In this document: positions 9,600 to 18,260 of the stretch, one piece after another | Numbering within the stretch: position 1 is the stretch's first letter | How the letters are laid out: the number at the start of each line of letters is the position of its first letter | Virus record (IMG/VR): IMGVR_UViG_3300012943_000010 | Coordinates: 1-51,419 of that record | From: a virus | Taxonomy: Duplodnaviria; Caudoviricetes | Strand: one strand, 5' to 3' | DNA: 51,419 nucleotides | Position numbers and translations under genes: made by a program | Notes under the pieces: model-generated | The model's input: only the letters and a program-made list of their open reading frames with translations | Database searches by the model: none | Told to the model about the DNA's origin: nothing

Positions 9600-10459
9600 A
9601 CGATTGGTCCTTTCATCGCCCAGTAAGGGAGAGAGATAAATTTCATGTTCGATTGATAACTCGGCCACTTGTAGTTTGGATCGGCCTTGCTTGCGTCAGT
9701 GCAGGACTTAATCAGGTCGAGAGCCCTGCGATAGTCGCGGCGTCCGACTTCGAGAGAGGGCCTGTCGAGCAGGTAAACCGCAACGTCGAAGGGAGCTGTC
9801 TTACCGACAACGATCATCGCGTGGTAACGGATCGGTTCCTCGTCGAGGATTTCGATACCTTCGGCATACATGGCCATCTGAAAGTCGTAACGGTAGTTCC
9901 AAATCGAACGGGAAAAATCCTCCTCCCGAACGCTGTCGGCGGTCTTAAGATCGACCAGGATTCCTTTTTCTGGGACGTAATAGTCGGGGCGGAACCGAAG
10001 CGCAAGCCCTGTCTGCGGATCGGTATAGTATCCGGACTGCTCCGCGATACCGTCTCTCAGTAAAGCCGCTGCGTCCTCGTGCTTATAGACGTTCTCGCAC
10101 ATGCGTTCGAGGTCGTCGAGTTCTTGCTGCGTTACCGAAATCATACCGACGTTATCGAGCTTCCACTGATCCTTTAGAGCCTTACTCCCCTTCCCTTCGA
10201 ACTTCGGCGCAACGATGTGCCTATCGAAGAACGTAGGCCCTTCGAGGATTGCGCAATGTGCGAGGTTGCCGAAGCGTTGAGAGGGAGTTTGTTTCCTCTC
10301 GGGCTGGTTCCCGAGGATCGTTTTCTCGTAGTAAGCCAGTGGGGAAAGTTCAATTACGTCTACGATCTGAGAGCGGGAACTTGCTGAGCGGTCGCTGTGA
10401 TAGTCCTCTATAGACTGTCCAGGACGCCAGCCGTTTTGATTATCGGCATTATCGAGCAT
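9596..10459 (-). CDS. PD-(D/E)XK exonuclease (RecE/ExoVIII C-terminal, DUF3799-like)
   Basis: YH...S.S, FG...H..ILE, E.SGY, RFRPDY, LVDLKT, YDFQMAMY. Confidence 0.88.
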   Translation of the reverse strand: MLDNADNQNGWRPGQSIEDYHSDRSASSRSQIVDVIELSPLAYYEKTILGNQPERKQTPSQRFGNLAHCAILEGPTFFDRHIVAPKFEGKGSKALKDQWKLDNVGMISVTQQELDDLERMCENVYKHEDAAALLRDGIAEQSGYYTDPQTGLALRFRPDYYVPEKGILVDLKTADSVREEDFSRSIWNYRYDFQMAMYAEGIEILDEEPIRYHAMIVVGKTAPFDVAVYLLDRPSLEVGRRDYRRALDLIKSCTDASKADPNYKWPSYQSNMKFISLPYWAMKGPIV

Positions 10460-10547
10460 TTAAGCTCCTCCCTTTTAAGGTTCGCGTCTTACACTTGGTA
10501 ATATCTAGCGGCGATCCGAAAAAGGAAAGAACTTTTTTGCATAATTT

Positions 10548-11135
10548 TTAATCGACGTAAAGCCTAGCCAGTATGGTCTTTACTATCTTGGCCATATCCT
10601 CTCGACTCTCGTTCTCCAAGAGTTCGGCTTCCTTAAATACCTTCTGAATATTATCGAGTTTTACAGCCCTAGACCTACACCACTCGGCTGTCTGATCGTC
10701 GGCTCTCTCGATGTGTCGGCGCTTTAAGGTCTGGCTGGAAGCCTTTACTATAAGGATATCTGTCGGTGCTACCATTCGACACTGGCTTAGGAAAGGTGTA
10801 CCGAAAAGTCGGTCTCCTTCGAAGACGATAGCGTAGTCCTTAAGACCGAGTTCTTTCGACCGCGAGAGGAAAGATATAGCGTCTTTCGTGACCTGGAGGG
10901 AGAGCCGATCGGTTCCGGCGAAGGTCTCCGAGCTTGCGTAAATACCGAGGATCACGACACGCTTATTCGGAACGCAGTGGCCACGAAGGAGACCGTACTC
11001 GAACCGGTGGAACGTGCTGTCGCGAGAGAACTCGTCGATAACTTTCCGAACTACTGTCGTCTTACCTGTCGCGGGCTCTCCACCAATCGCAACGATCCGG
11101 CGCCATAATGCGAAGAGTCCGGGGGAAGGTATCAC
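10548..11135 (-). CDS. P-loop nucleotide kinase of the type associated with hydroxymethyl-pyrimidine DNA hypermodification
   Basis: GGEPATGKT, LGIY..ETFAGTDRLS, IVFEGDRLF; GTGA-coupled to the aGPT-Pplase-like gene. Confidence 0.75.
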   Translation of the reverse strand: MIPSPGLFALWRRIVAIGGEPATGKTTVVRKVIDEFSRDSTFHRFEYGLLRGHCVPNKRVVILGIYASSETFAGTDRLSLQVTKDAISFLSRSKELGLKDYAIVFEGDRLFGTPFLSQCRMVAPTDILIVKASSQTLKRRHIERADDQTAEWCRSRAVKLDNIQKVFKEAELLENESREDMAKIVKTILARLYVD

Positions 11136-12100
11136 CTCAGTTCCGACAGCATTTTTTTTCTGTATGTCTCTTTTCGATAGTTCCATAGAACGGTCCAATT
11201 AACGCCCTCCGATACTGCTTCCTGCATGGTTTTAAGTTCTTCGGCCTGAGCGTCAAGGTAAAAGCCAACCCATCTCTTTCCGAAGCGGTATTTTTCATAG
11301 GCGCACAGCGTTGTCTTTAGACTCCAGACTGTGTTCCTCCTGTCGATGGACTTCATTCGGGAGACCAGCATCTCGTACTGTCCCTGGAGGTATCCGGTCT
11401 CCTGGAGCGTAAGCCGGCGTCCTGCAGCACAGCCTAAATCGGGCCGACCGATCGCCAGCGCCAGCCCTCCGCGAACCCCAACGGCCTCGCGCATATCCAG
11501 GGAAGGTGGATCCATCGGGAAGCCAGTAAGCTCGGAGACCGCTTCGAGGTAAGGGAACATCGACAGCCGACCGAACTGATATACCCGGCTCATATCCGCC
11601 GCGGCTCTCTCGTAGGTCGTCCTCGGGTTCGGCGTCAGGAAAGACTGGAATAGGTGCTCCTGCTTAAGCCGACCGACGTTCCCCCGATAGCTCTCCACAA
11701 CGTCCGGAAAGTGGTCTCTCGCTCTCATCCAGCGCCGGTCTGAGTGGAATAGGAGCCGCTGCTTATTCGAGTCCCACCACCGCCGCAGGCGCTCCTGGTC
11801 GATAAGCTCGAAGTCGGGGAACTCGTGAAGGATATAGAACGCTGTCGGAGCCGACAGAGTGCAAGCGTAGAGGAAAGCGAGCCAATACCTCTGCTCGGTA
11901 TTCAGCTCGAAGCGTTCGGCCACGTAGCGCAGCATTCCGAACGCAGGAGACACGTCTCCGGCTTCCAGGCTCTCGGAGTGATACTGCTCGAAGGTCGCCG
12001 GTATTTCAGACGGCAGCGGTGGCCGTGAACATACCAGAGTCTTTCCGTATCTTTTCGAGGACGATCGGGCATCCTCCGAGGGTGTAAGGTTGTTGCTCAA
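11132..12100 (-). CDS. aGPT-Pplase / amino-acid:DNA transferase-like protein
   Basis: GDVSP, EQRYWLAFLY, FHSDRRW, FGRLSMFPYLE, TTLCAYEK, GFYLD; adjacent to the kinase. Confidence 0.75.
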   Translation of the reverse strand: MSNNLTPSEDARSSSKRYGKTLVCSRPPLPSEIPATFEQYHSESLEAGDVSPAFGMLRYVAERFELNTEQRYWLAFLYACTLSAPTAFYILHEFPDFELIDQERLRRWWDSNKQRLLFHSDRRWMRARDHFPDVVESYRGNVGRLKQEHLFQSFLTPNPRTTYERAAADMSRVYQFGRLSMFPYLEAVSELTGFPMDPPSLDMREAVGVRGGLALAIGRPDLGCAAGRRLTLQETGYLQGQYEMLVSRMKSIDRRNTVWSLKTTLCAYEKYRFGKRWVGFYLDAQAEELKTMQEAVSEGVNWTVLWNYRKETYRKKMLSELR

Positions 12101-12728
12101 AATACTCTCCTGGAACTTCCGAACGCTTTAAAATGTCACGAGTCGATGCCCAAAACGTAACGCCATCTCCTTCCAAAGTGGAATACCAGAGCGGCCTTTT
12201 CGGGTTCCGAACCCACCACAGACCAGACCGAGAGGAGAGAACGAAGCCTGCGAAAGAGAACCTTTGCCGGATAAACCACGAGCGAAAGGCTTCCGGGCCG
12301 CGTTCGATGAACTCTCTTAGCACGACCTCACCGTCGTTGTCGGTAACGTAGCGCCGACCGAACTCCTCCTCCCAGTCCACTCTAAAGCGTTGAGAGACCA
12401 CGCCATCGAAGGCGAGAGCTATCGTTTCCCCCTGCTCGACCGAGACGATCGGCTGGTTATTCGAGGGCTGTTTGTGGTCTCCGGAAGTCGAATAATGATT
12501 GTTAAAAATCAGAGCGCACGGGGGCGACTCCTGGAAAGAAGTCGAGCCGAGCAGACAGACAAGATCGTCGATCCTAGAGCTTTTTATCGTCGAGACCTTT
12601 CCGTCTCTTAGATAACTCATGCCGAAGGAATGGAGACCGCGAGACGCAGAGTTCCGCATCAGGCGAGCGATGATATCGAAGTGCCACTGCTTAGGATTTT
12701 TCGCTCGGTACGCGATCACTCCTGACAT
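12006..12728 (-). CDS. Class-II glutamine amidotransferase-like (Ntn) protein with atypical N-terminus
   Basis: GGAGGT RBS before MSGVIAY; RGLHSFG, YSTSG, NNQPI, DGVV, TDNDGE, RNPKRPLW, ASTRDIL. Confidence 0.7.
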   Translation of the reverse strand: MSGVIAYRAKNPKQWHFDIIARLMRNSASRGLHSFGMSYLRDGKVSTIKSSRIDDLVCLLGSTSFQESPPCALIFNNHYSTSGDHKQPSNNQPIVSVEQGETIALAFDGVVSQRFRVDWEEEFGRRYVTDNDGEVVLREFIERGPEAFRSWFIRQRFSFAGFVLSSRSGLWWVRNPKRPLWYSTLEGDGVTFWASTRDILKRSEVPGEYFEQQPYTLGGCPIVLEKIRKDSGMFTATAAV

Positions 12729-12821
12729 TTTTTGCGCTACCTCCAACTCGACAAAGGATTTTTCCGACCACGTAGAAAGCCCACAAAACAAGCATTAAAT
12801 CGGGAATAAGGATCAGATACT

Positions 12822-13670
12822 TCACTTTCGAAACTCCTCGGAGAGCAGCATAGGTATCGTGCTTTTCCAATTAATGCTGTGATGAAGCCGGGAGAACTTG
12901 GTCGACATCATCTTTACCGTGACCGAGGAGGGCTGGTACATCACGGAATAAAAGCTTTTAACGTAGGTTCCCGAGTCGAGGTACATCTCGGTCATACCGC
13001 CAGCGTTTTGCTGAGTCGATACTTGAGTCAGGGAGACCTGATTTACCGTGAAAAGCAGGAGCCCTTTACTCGCGAGATGAGTATAGGTATTCACGTCCTC
13101 GTTGATGCGGCCGACGAAGCGGAAGGGACGATCCGTGCTGCAAATAAAGGAGTTCATACACTTGCGCTTAAGCTTTATCTGCTTCGAAAAAGCCGACTGC
13201 TCTCCCCCGATAAAGTCTCCCCCTTGCGCTATCGCGATGCTGTCCGCGCTCGAAGCCTTATAGAACTTAAGCAGGGCTTCGAAGATCGGATCGAGGTTCC
13301 GAGCCGCCTTAGGAACGTAGGCGAATCGGTCGTTGAAGCGATAATAAAAGCAGGTGTAGTCGTCGTCGAGCTGCATAAAATACTTTATTCCAAGCTCTTT
13401 CGCGACATCGAAGCTCGCGTTGCGGGCGTAGATAATCGCTCTCATATCCTGGAAGTTATCGCCCTGGTCGAACGTCTTCGCGACCGCACTCTTATCGAAA
13501 ATGCGAACCTCATCGCCGTACCGCTCGATATACTCTCCCCGAGTTTTATCGAGGTCATCGACCAGGAGGAAAATGCGGCCGGTGTATCCGAGTCGGCGCA
13601 GACTGGAGTAAGTCTTCACTCGATCCGGACGACCGTTTGTAAGGATAAATACCGCGAAGTCTTCATGCAT
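12822..13670 (-). CDS. TAGT/GREB1-like glycosyltransferase (GT-A; DNA-base glycosylation family)
   Basis: FILTNGRP, ARN, MQLDDDY, MNSF, GRINEDV, TQQNAGGMTEMY. Confidence 0.8.
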   Translation of the reverse strand: MHEDFAVFILTNGRPDRVKTYSSLRRLGYTGRIFLLVDDLDKTRGEYIERYGDEVRIFDKSAVAKTFDQGDNFQDMRAIIYARNASFDVAKELGIKYFMQLDDDYTCFYYRFNDRFAYVPKAARNLDPIFEALLKFYKASSADSIAIAQGGDFIGGEQSAFSKQIKLKRKCMNSFICSTDRPFRFVGRINEDVNTYTHLASKGLLLFTVNQVSLTQVSTQQNAGGMTEMYLDSGTYVKSFYSVMYQPSSVTVKMMSTKFSRLHHSINWKSTIPMLLSEEFRK

Positions 13671-14469
13671 TCCTGTACGCCTCGGCGATCTCGTCCGCTA
13701 GGACTACGAAGCCCTTCTCGATGGCTTTATTAAAGTCGATGATAACCATCGCGCTATCCTCCATCAGGAGTTGAACTTCCTTCGGAGCATGGGCGTAGAA
13801 CTCGGCGAGCTTTTCGTAATTGAAAACGATGTGACGACACGCTGCGAAGCGGAGCAGGTTCTTATCGTTCTCCGAAATTTCGGCCTTGTTTATCGCAGCC
13901 GTGAGCTGAGCGTACTTCGTCGTGTCGTACATCTCGCTATACTCGGGCTTTTCCCCCTTCGGAGTATAGATCGGGGAGACCACCTTCCGGGTGTACTCGA
14001 CTCCTTCGCTATCGTCCTCCTCCTCGGGCTCCGTTGAGAGAACTGGAGGATTTAAGAAGGTGTTGAGACTTTCGAGCTTAAAGCCCGTCATCTCTAAGTT
14101 CGTTCCCTCTCCTATCGTTTCGAGAGTCGTAACGATCTGCTGCAACTTCCCGACGTTCATCTGAGACATTCGAGCAAGCTGGTTATCCGCTACGATATCC
14201 GATAATTCCTGCGCTTCGTTCTCGTAGTCCTGGTAGTCGATAGGGACTTCGGTAAACCCAGCCGCGAACGCTGCAGCAAGCGCACCGTGTCCCTTCGTGA
14301 TAAACCCGGATCGAGTCGAGACCGTTATCGGGCGGCGCCATCCCTGGAAGTTTAGTATCTGCACGAATAGGGCGACCTGATCCGGCCCGTGTTCGTTCGG
14401 GTTCGCTGGATGGGGAACCAGTGTACTCGGATCGACAACGGCCTTGTGAGCGCAGTGAATCGGTATCAT
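13663..14469 (-). CDS. ParB/Srx N-terminal domain fused to a helical domain
   Basis: HPANPNEH, GWRRPITVS, KGHG, IVADN; C-terminal RHIVFNYEKLAEFYAHA..LMEDSAMVIIDF. Confidence 0.8.
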   Translation of the reverse strand: MIPIHCAHKAVVDPSTLVPHPANPNEHGPDQVALFVQILNFQGWRRPITVSTRSGFITKGHGALAAAFAAGFTEVPIDYQDYENEAQELSDIVADNQLARMSQMNVGKLQQIVTTLETIGEGTNLEMTGFKLESLNTFLNPPVLSTEPEEEDDSEGVEYTRKVVSPIYTPKGEKPEYSEMYDTTKYAQLTAAINKAEISENDKNLLRFAACRHIVFNYEKLAEFYAHAPKEVQLLMEDSAMVIIDFNKAIEKGFVVLADEIAEAYRNA

Positions 14470-15275
14470 TGGACGTATCCTTCTCGGGTTTTACGCAACA
14501 CCGCCAGCACTACGTCTGTCGTGTTATTGATGTTCATCGCGGCTTGAAAGAAGTGGCTTAGCTCCATGAACTCGGCGAGGTTCTCCTCGGTAAAGAAAAG
14601 CTGCACCATTCGAACTTGGTTCGAAGCCATGCGCCCGTCCGGAGCCCGAGCCTCTGCTCCGATATAAGGAACCGGCTCCGAAGCTCCTGGAGGTATCGAC
14701 GGAACAAACGCGCTCTCCGACTCTCCTCCTTCGTTGGGAACGTACTCCGATCCAGGCTCGACAGGAGCGCCGACTAAGGTCTCTCCTTCCGGGGAGAGCT
14801 TATATTCGGGAGCCTTTTTAACGCCCAGGAGCTTATCGAGGGCTTTCGTTTCGAGCCCGGTAAGAGACAGGTCGAACGCTGCTACGTTGAGACTGGTCAC
14901 GATCTTTTGCAGCTTACCGGTGTTCATCTCCGACATGCGCTGGAGAGTGTTGTCGGCAACGATATCGGCAAGCTCCTGCTCCTCGTTATCGTAGTCCTGA
15001 TACTCGACCGGCACTTCGGTATATCCAGCCGAGAGAGCAGCGGCCAAAGCTCCGTGGCCTTTCGTGACGAAGTTCGAGCGTGTCGAGACAGTGATCGGTC
15101 TACGCCATCCCTGATAAACCAGGATCGCCTTGAATAACTCGATCTGCTTTTCCCCGTGCTCGTTCGGGTTCGAAGGGTGAGGGTGCAGCGTGCTCGGATC
15201 TTGGATCGAGGTAAATCGACAGCGGACTTGAGCGTTCTCTACGACTGGTTCTTCGGTGCTAGGAACTTCGTTCAT
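14466..15275 (-). CDS. ParB/Srx N-terminal domain protein (paralog of 13663-14469)
   Basis: HPSNPNEH, GWRRPITVS, KGHG, IVADN; C-terminal VRMVQLFF...NTTDVV domain. Confidence 0.8.
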   Translation of the reverse strand: MNEVPSTEEPVVENAQVRCRFTSIQDPSTLHPHPSNPNEHGEKQIELFKAILVYQGWRRPITVSTRSNFVTKGHGALAAALSAGYTEVPVEYQDYDNEEQELADIVADNTLQRMSEMNTGKLQKIVTSLNVAAFDLSLTGLETKALDKLLGVKKAPEYKLSPEGETLVGAPVEPGSEYVPNEGGESESAFVPSIPPGASEPVPYIGAEARAPDGRMASNQVRMVQLFFTEENLAEFMELSHFFQAAMNINNTTDVVLAVLRKTREGYVQ

Positions 15276-15311
15276 GGCGTGTCCTCGGGCGTTGGGTGTT
15301 GAATGTCCGTA

Positions 15312-15340
15312 ATCCTATCCGTAATGCCGGACTAGGGCAA
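15312..15340 (-). promoter_or_regulatory. sigma70-like promoter for the ParB/DNA-modification operon
   Basis: TTGCCC-N17-TAGGAT, 37 bp upstream of ATG 15275. Confidence 0.55.
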
Positions 15341-15343
15341 CGA

Positions 15344-16216
15344 TTAAGACTCGGCTCGGGCCTTAGAGCAAAGATCCTTCCAGGCACCGAGAACCCGAGG
15401 ATCACGCTTCCAGTATCGCGGCTCACCGCCGTCGAAAGACTCCAGCCTTAGCTCCGTGGCCCGAACGATGTGTTGCGTCTCATAACCGGCACGGAAAAGC
15501 TCCTTAACGTACCCTTCGACTGTCGCGAGGCTTGTGTATTCGCAATGGAAGGTTCGAACCAGACCAACGAGGCCCTTAAAGGTCATAAGCTTTTTCGACT
15601 TAGGAGGAGGAGAGACCGACACTTTATCCTCGACCTCCTGCGGAGCAGGGGGAGTATTTAGATTTTCTTTTTTCAGTTCCTTATTAAGTTCAGGTTCCTC
15701 GATCCAGGTAGGGCTATTCTGTCCTGGAAGTAGACCTAAACTGTCGGGCTCCTCTGATCCAGGGACGGTTACTTGACCACCCTCCTCCGATCCAGGGAGG
15801 TCTTTTTGTTCTGGCTCCTCCTTCCGAACCAGTCGAGGAGTATCGACCACGAGGAGAGACCGAACTAGATCAATAGCCTTTCGAGTAAGTCGGCGGAAAG
15901 TTCTCCCGCTGGCGTCTGTCCAGAACTCGATAAGGCCCTGGGTTTTGAGGTCGGAAAAGCCTGCGGTTATCTGCTTTTTTCCTGCTTCATCGCAGCTTAT
16001 TCCTGCGTACTGACACCAGGAGGATCGAGAGTCCCATCGAACTTCGAATAGATCGAGCAGACCGTTCTCGTTCCTGATCCTGTGTACGAAGAGACCTAGG
16101 AGAGTGTACGCATTCATTTTTAATCGAAGTTTTTTTCCGAGCCGATATACCGCTTGGTGGACTTGAAATGCTGGAAGCTTTACGGCTGGTTGGGCTAGAG
16201 AGAGGGCTGCGCTCAT
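15344..16216 (-). CDS. Putative replication initiator (lambda O-like architecture)
   Basis: N-terminal winged-helix-like region, low-complexity linker carrying DNA repeats, ELNKELKKE motif, helical C-terminus. Confidence 0.55.
   Translation of the reverse strand: MSAALSLAQPAVKLPAFQVHQAVYRLGKKLRLKMNAYTLLGLFVHRIRNENGLLDLFEVRWDSRSSWCQYAGISCDEAGKKQITAGFSDLKTQGLIEFWTDASGRTFRRLTRKAIDLVRSLLVVDTPRLVRKEEPEQKDLPGSEEGGQVTVPGSEEPDSLGLLPGQNSPTWIEEPELNKELKKENLNTPPAPQEVEDKVSVSPPPKSKKLMTFKGLVGLVRTFHCEYTSLATVEGYVKELFRAGYETQHIVRATELRLESFDGGEPRYWKRDPRVLGAWKDLCSKARAES
15661..15800. repeat. Iteron-like repeats plus AT-rich tract (candidate origin)
   Basis: GATCCAGG at 15701, 15756, 15789 (the last two within near-identical CTCCTCyGATCCAGGGA); AT-rich 15661-15690. 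Confidence 0.5.
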
Positions 16217-16331
16217 GACTTTTCTTCTCCGATTTGCACCGAACTCGAAAAGATAAAGCCTTGCGTTGGACGCGCTTGTACTTTAGATTAAGCACATAGG
16301 CCGCTCTTATCCGAGTCGCTGTTTGTTAAAG

Positions 16332-16369
16332 AAGCCAGATAATCTTTTCCGAGAGTGCTGGCTTTTTTT
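16332..16369. terminator. Hairpin with T-tract
   Basis: AAGCCAG...CTGGCTT followed by a T run; intergenic. Confidence 0.45.
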
Positions 16370-16428
16370 ATTTCTACTTTTGTACTTACCTATTTTCTCT
16401 CCGAAATTATACCGAAAAATCCTACACT

Positions 16429-16905
16429 CTATTTCGACCTAATAATATTCCCCTCAGAATCGACAGTGTGCAACGGTCTCTCCGGGTATCGAGCTTTAGG
16501 AGCTTCGGTCGGTTTATCCTCTTTCGTAGCACCTTCCAGCCTTTTCCAGCGTCCTGTCTGATCCCTCTCCGCTTTCTTAACTCGATCCTTCCCTGCCAAA
16601 CTTCTCGGGCTTAATTTTTGTAGGTCGGCTGGTAAAGACAGCTTTACCGACAGCTTTTCCGGCTTACTACACCAGCCAACTCGTTCCAGTATTGTCGCGA
16701 AGGGAATAGGAGCCCTCCACGCAGTAAGGGAGTCGATTTCGGCTACGTGGAACTTTACTCGGTTCTGAGTCGCTACCACCGAAGCCAACATAATAAGCCG
16801 ACCGATAAGGGGAGCTGCGTCCTCTCCGGAGTAAGTCTGGAGGAGCCGGAAAGTTTCGTTACCGAGGAACGCATAGGGCATGTTGAGGGTGTCGCGTCGG
16901 GACAT
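16429..16905 (-). CDS. Hypothetical protein, possibly replication-associated
   Basis: AAAGGAAAG upstream; first gene of the leftward unit before the initiator. Confidence 0.6.
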   Translation of the reverse strand: MSRRDTLNMPYAFLGNETFRLLQTYSGEDAAPLIGRLIMLASVVATQNRVKFHVAEIDSLTAWRAPIPFATILERVGWCSKPEKLSVKLSLPADLQKLSPRSLAGKDRVKKAERDQTGRWKRLEGATKEDKPTEAPKARYPERPLHTVDSEGNIIRSK

Positions 16906-16962
16906 TTTTACTTTCCTTTTTCTTCGGGTATAAGCACACTAGTCTGTCTTAAGGAGTACGAA

Positions 16963-17829
16963 ATGGAATACATCCCAGCCGATAAAAAGCCGTTGTCACA
17001 AGCCAACTGGAAGGACTTAACCGTCCTCCAACCGTTCAACACCAGGACTCCTATCGAAGCTGCTCCGTTGGAAGAACTTCCCTCCCTCCAGCGGCAGTTC
17101 CGAGAGAACGGAGTCGCGGTGCTGGAGAACTTCATACCCCATGACCTCCTCGACGCTTATTCTCTCGTCCGAGCCCGACTCCCTAAAGACCGTTCTGTGC
17201 CTGATAACTATTGGGCTGGATGGCATTATCCGACTCCGTACCAGGACTGTCGAGAACTTCTCGACCTCGCGACCTATCCAGACCTCCAGGGAGCCTTACA
17301 CGCCCTTATCGGAGCGGAGATGGGCCTGCACCTAGCCCTTACCGGATGGGTAAGCACCGAGCGAAAATGGCACCAGGACACCTATCTTAACCCCGAGTTC
17401 CTTTGGAGCTACTACGCTGCCGCCTGGATCGCGCTGGAGGACGTGGAGCCCGAAGCGGGACCGTTCCAGTACATCAAAGGGAGCCACAACTGGAGGTCTC
17501 TCCGTCAGGATAAGTTATTCGAGTTTATGACTCCCGAGGAGAGGAAAGATCCTCGGTGGCCGACTTTTACGCAGGACGAAGTCGCCCGAGTCTGCGAAGC
17601 CGAAATCGAGAGACAGGGAGAGAAGGTCTCCGAGTTTTTGCCGAAAAAGGGAGACGTTCTCATCTGGCACTCGAACTTAGTCCATAGAGGCTCCGAGCCG
17701 AAGAACCCAGACCTCGAACGTCGGGCGCTTATCTGTCACTACTCCTCGATTGGTCGTCGGGTGGATATGGATCGGCTCTCGCGAAATCCTACAAACGGAC
17801 AGCTTTATTTCGATTTCCGTCGGAACTAA
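16963..17829 (+). CDS. PhyH-family 2OG-Fe(II) dioxygenase
   Basis: AAGGAG RBS; FRENGVAV, WHQD, WIALED, GP...GSH, GDVLIWHSNLVHRG. Confidence 0.88.
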   Translation: MEYIPADKKPLSQANWKDLTVLQPFNTRTPIEAAPLEELPSLQRQFRENGVAVLENFIPHDLLDAYSLVRARLPKDRSVPDNYWAGWHYPTPYQDCRELLDLATYPDLQGALHALIGAEMGLHLALTGWVSTERKWHQDTYLNPEFLWSYYAAAWIALEDVEPEAGPFQYIKGSHNWRSLRQDKLFEFMTPEERKDPRWPTFTQDEVARVCEAEIERQGEKVSEFLPKKGDVLIWHSNLVHRGSEPKNPDLERRALICHYSSIGRRVDMDRLSRNPTNGQLYFDFRRN

Positions 17830-17966
17830 GCTCCCTCCCAAACGCTGCGCTTATGCCCCTCTCCCCGTCCGCGATGGACGGGGTTCCCAGGCAAATCCGT
17901 CCTATATCGAACCCCTGAGAGCTCGTCTAGAATATAGGTATAGCAAGCCCTCTAGGAGAGTCGCAC

Positions 17967-18236
17967 ATGAAAGATTGGTTGATAAATTTGGTGGTGGGGA
18001 TGATCCTCAATGCAATCACCGACGATAAAATCGAAAGTCTCGCTCACACCGTTCAGGGATTCCTGATACCATTTCTGAGAGAGCAAAAAGCGGAGCTGGT
18101 TCGTCGCCTGAAAGAAAAGGCTCAAGCTACGGACACGGAAATCGATGACGCGATCTATCACGCCATCGACGTATTCCTGGAAAGCTTCATTCCAAAGGAT
18201 GCCCAGTGCCTCATACCGGCTAAGAAGTCCGCCTGA
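17967..18236 (+). CDS. Hypothetical protein
   Basis: AGGAG RBS; amphipathic helices. Confidence 0.65.
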   Translation: MKDWLINLVVGMILNAITDDKIESLAHTVQGFLIPFLREQKAELVRRLKEKAQATDTEIDDAIYHAIDVFLESFIPKDAQCLIPAKKSA

Positions 18237-18260
18237 TGCTCACCTCTAAAAGCGGAGCCC

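Noticed and set aside
12879-13733. Long plus-strand ORFs antisense to real genes (also 30707-31258, 34072-34827, 43552-44418)
   Set aside because: No motifs or RBS; expected from codon bias on the coding strand
13663-15275. ParABS plasmid-prophage partition system
   Set aside because: No ParA or parS array seen; the domains lack the HTH and sit in a modification-type operon
17830-17966. Possible c-di-GMP-I riboswitch (GGCAAA after a hairpin)
   Set aside because: Lacks the GNRA-capped P2 and the second GCAAA element; only a simple CCCCGTCC/GGACGGGG hairpin
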